64,000 bases of DNA from positions 124,001-188,000 of the forward strand of contig JAPEUI010000010.1 in the NCBI GenBank assembly GCA_026025075.1, in the 5' to 3' direction. The notes below the pieces were generated by a model that was not told the origin of the DNA, ran no database searches, and saw nothing but the letters and a program-made list of their open reading frames with translations. Every line of letters begins with the position of its first letter. Positions within the stretch are counted from its first letter, which is position 1. Below are positions 63,566 through 64,000 of this stretch, piece by piece. The position numbers and the translations under genes were made by a program. Origin of the DNA: Vezdaea acicularis. Taxonomy: Eukaryota.

Positions 63566-64000
63566 ATGGAAGCTTCGGGGCCTTTTCTGGCTGGCCCGCA
63601 ATTCCCCTCACCTCAACGTCCCTCGAATGTTCACGCCTCGAACACCAGTACAAATACACCACCAGACCGCACGCTGTTCGCTGGCAGTATGGATAATCAA
63701 CCACACACAATGAAACCAACGTCGAACGTCCGAAATGGTCATAACGGGCGAGACAGGGTGCCGGGGGACCATCGTAGGATCGTATCGACAGGTGCAAACG
63801 GTAACGGTGCGATGCCTGTGCCTGCGGGACCTCTCGGACAGATGACGAATGGGCATGGCCGGAATGTGAGCGGAATGACACCCTTCGACGGACCTAGATC
63901 GCCGCCGAGTAGTAAAAGTGGGTTTCCATGTTCATTCCCGTCAGGAAATCGTCGTTGATCGCATCCTGTGTAGATACCTCTCATGTTCCCTGCAAGTTTT
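63566..64000 (+). CDS. CCCH zinc-finger protein Cps3/Scp3/Lee1-like (5' part, truncated by window end)
   Basis: FDGPRSPPSSK|NTSHVPCKF after intron 63919-63973, the start of a CCCH finger. Start codon uncertain (63566 or 63689). Confidence 0.7.

Overview
Gene-dense, intron-containing eukaryotic DNA from a filamentous ascomycete (Pezizomycotina). The assignment rests on short GT-AG introns with CTRAC branch sites and on protein similarity; the species cannot be determined from the sequence. I assembled about 27 protein-coding genes by hand. Most are housekeeping: UsgS-like, HEM4, OXR1, MSN5, a GH5 steryl-glucosidase, SKI3, RPL28, CDC7, YCS4, MAK3, LRO1, TRM10, NDUFA13/GRIM-19, VID27, AMO1/NUP42, RPS20, CUE3, INP1-like, ERV1, a FUS3/KSS1 MAPK, SEC24, a SKT5/CHS4-like Sel1 protein, HOP2 and CPS3-like. 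Three are uncharacterised fungal proteins. The one clear mobile element is a 237-bp Tc1/mariner (impala-like) MITE with TA target duplication. No rRNA, tRNA, CRISPR or biosynthetic cluster is supported. I found no convincing new multi-gene system. The best leads are the MITE, the head-to-head RPS20/CUE3 pair (ribosome-quality-control substrate and its reader), a CaaX box created only by splicing, and repeated C-to-G skew-inversion foci. All identifications come from recalled motifs and none were checked against a database.
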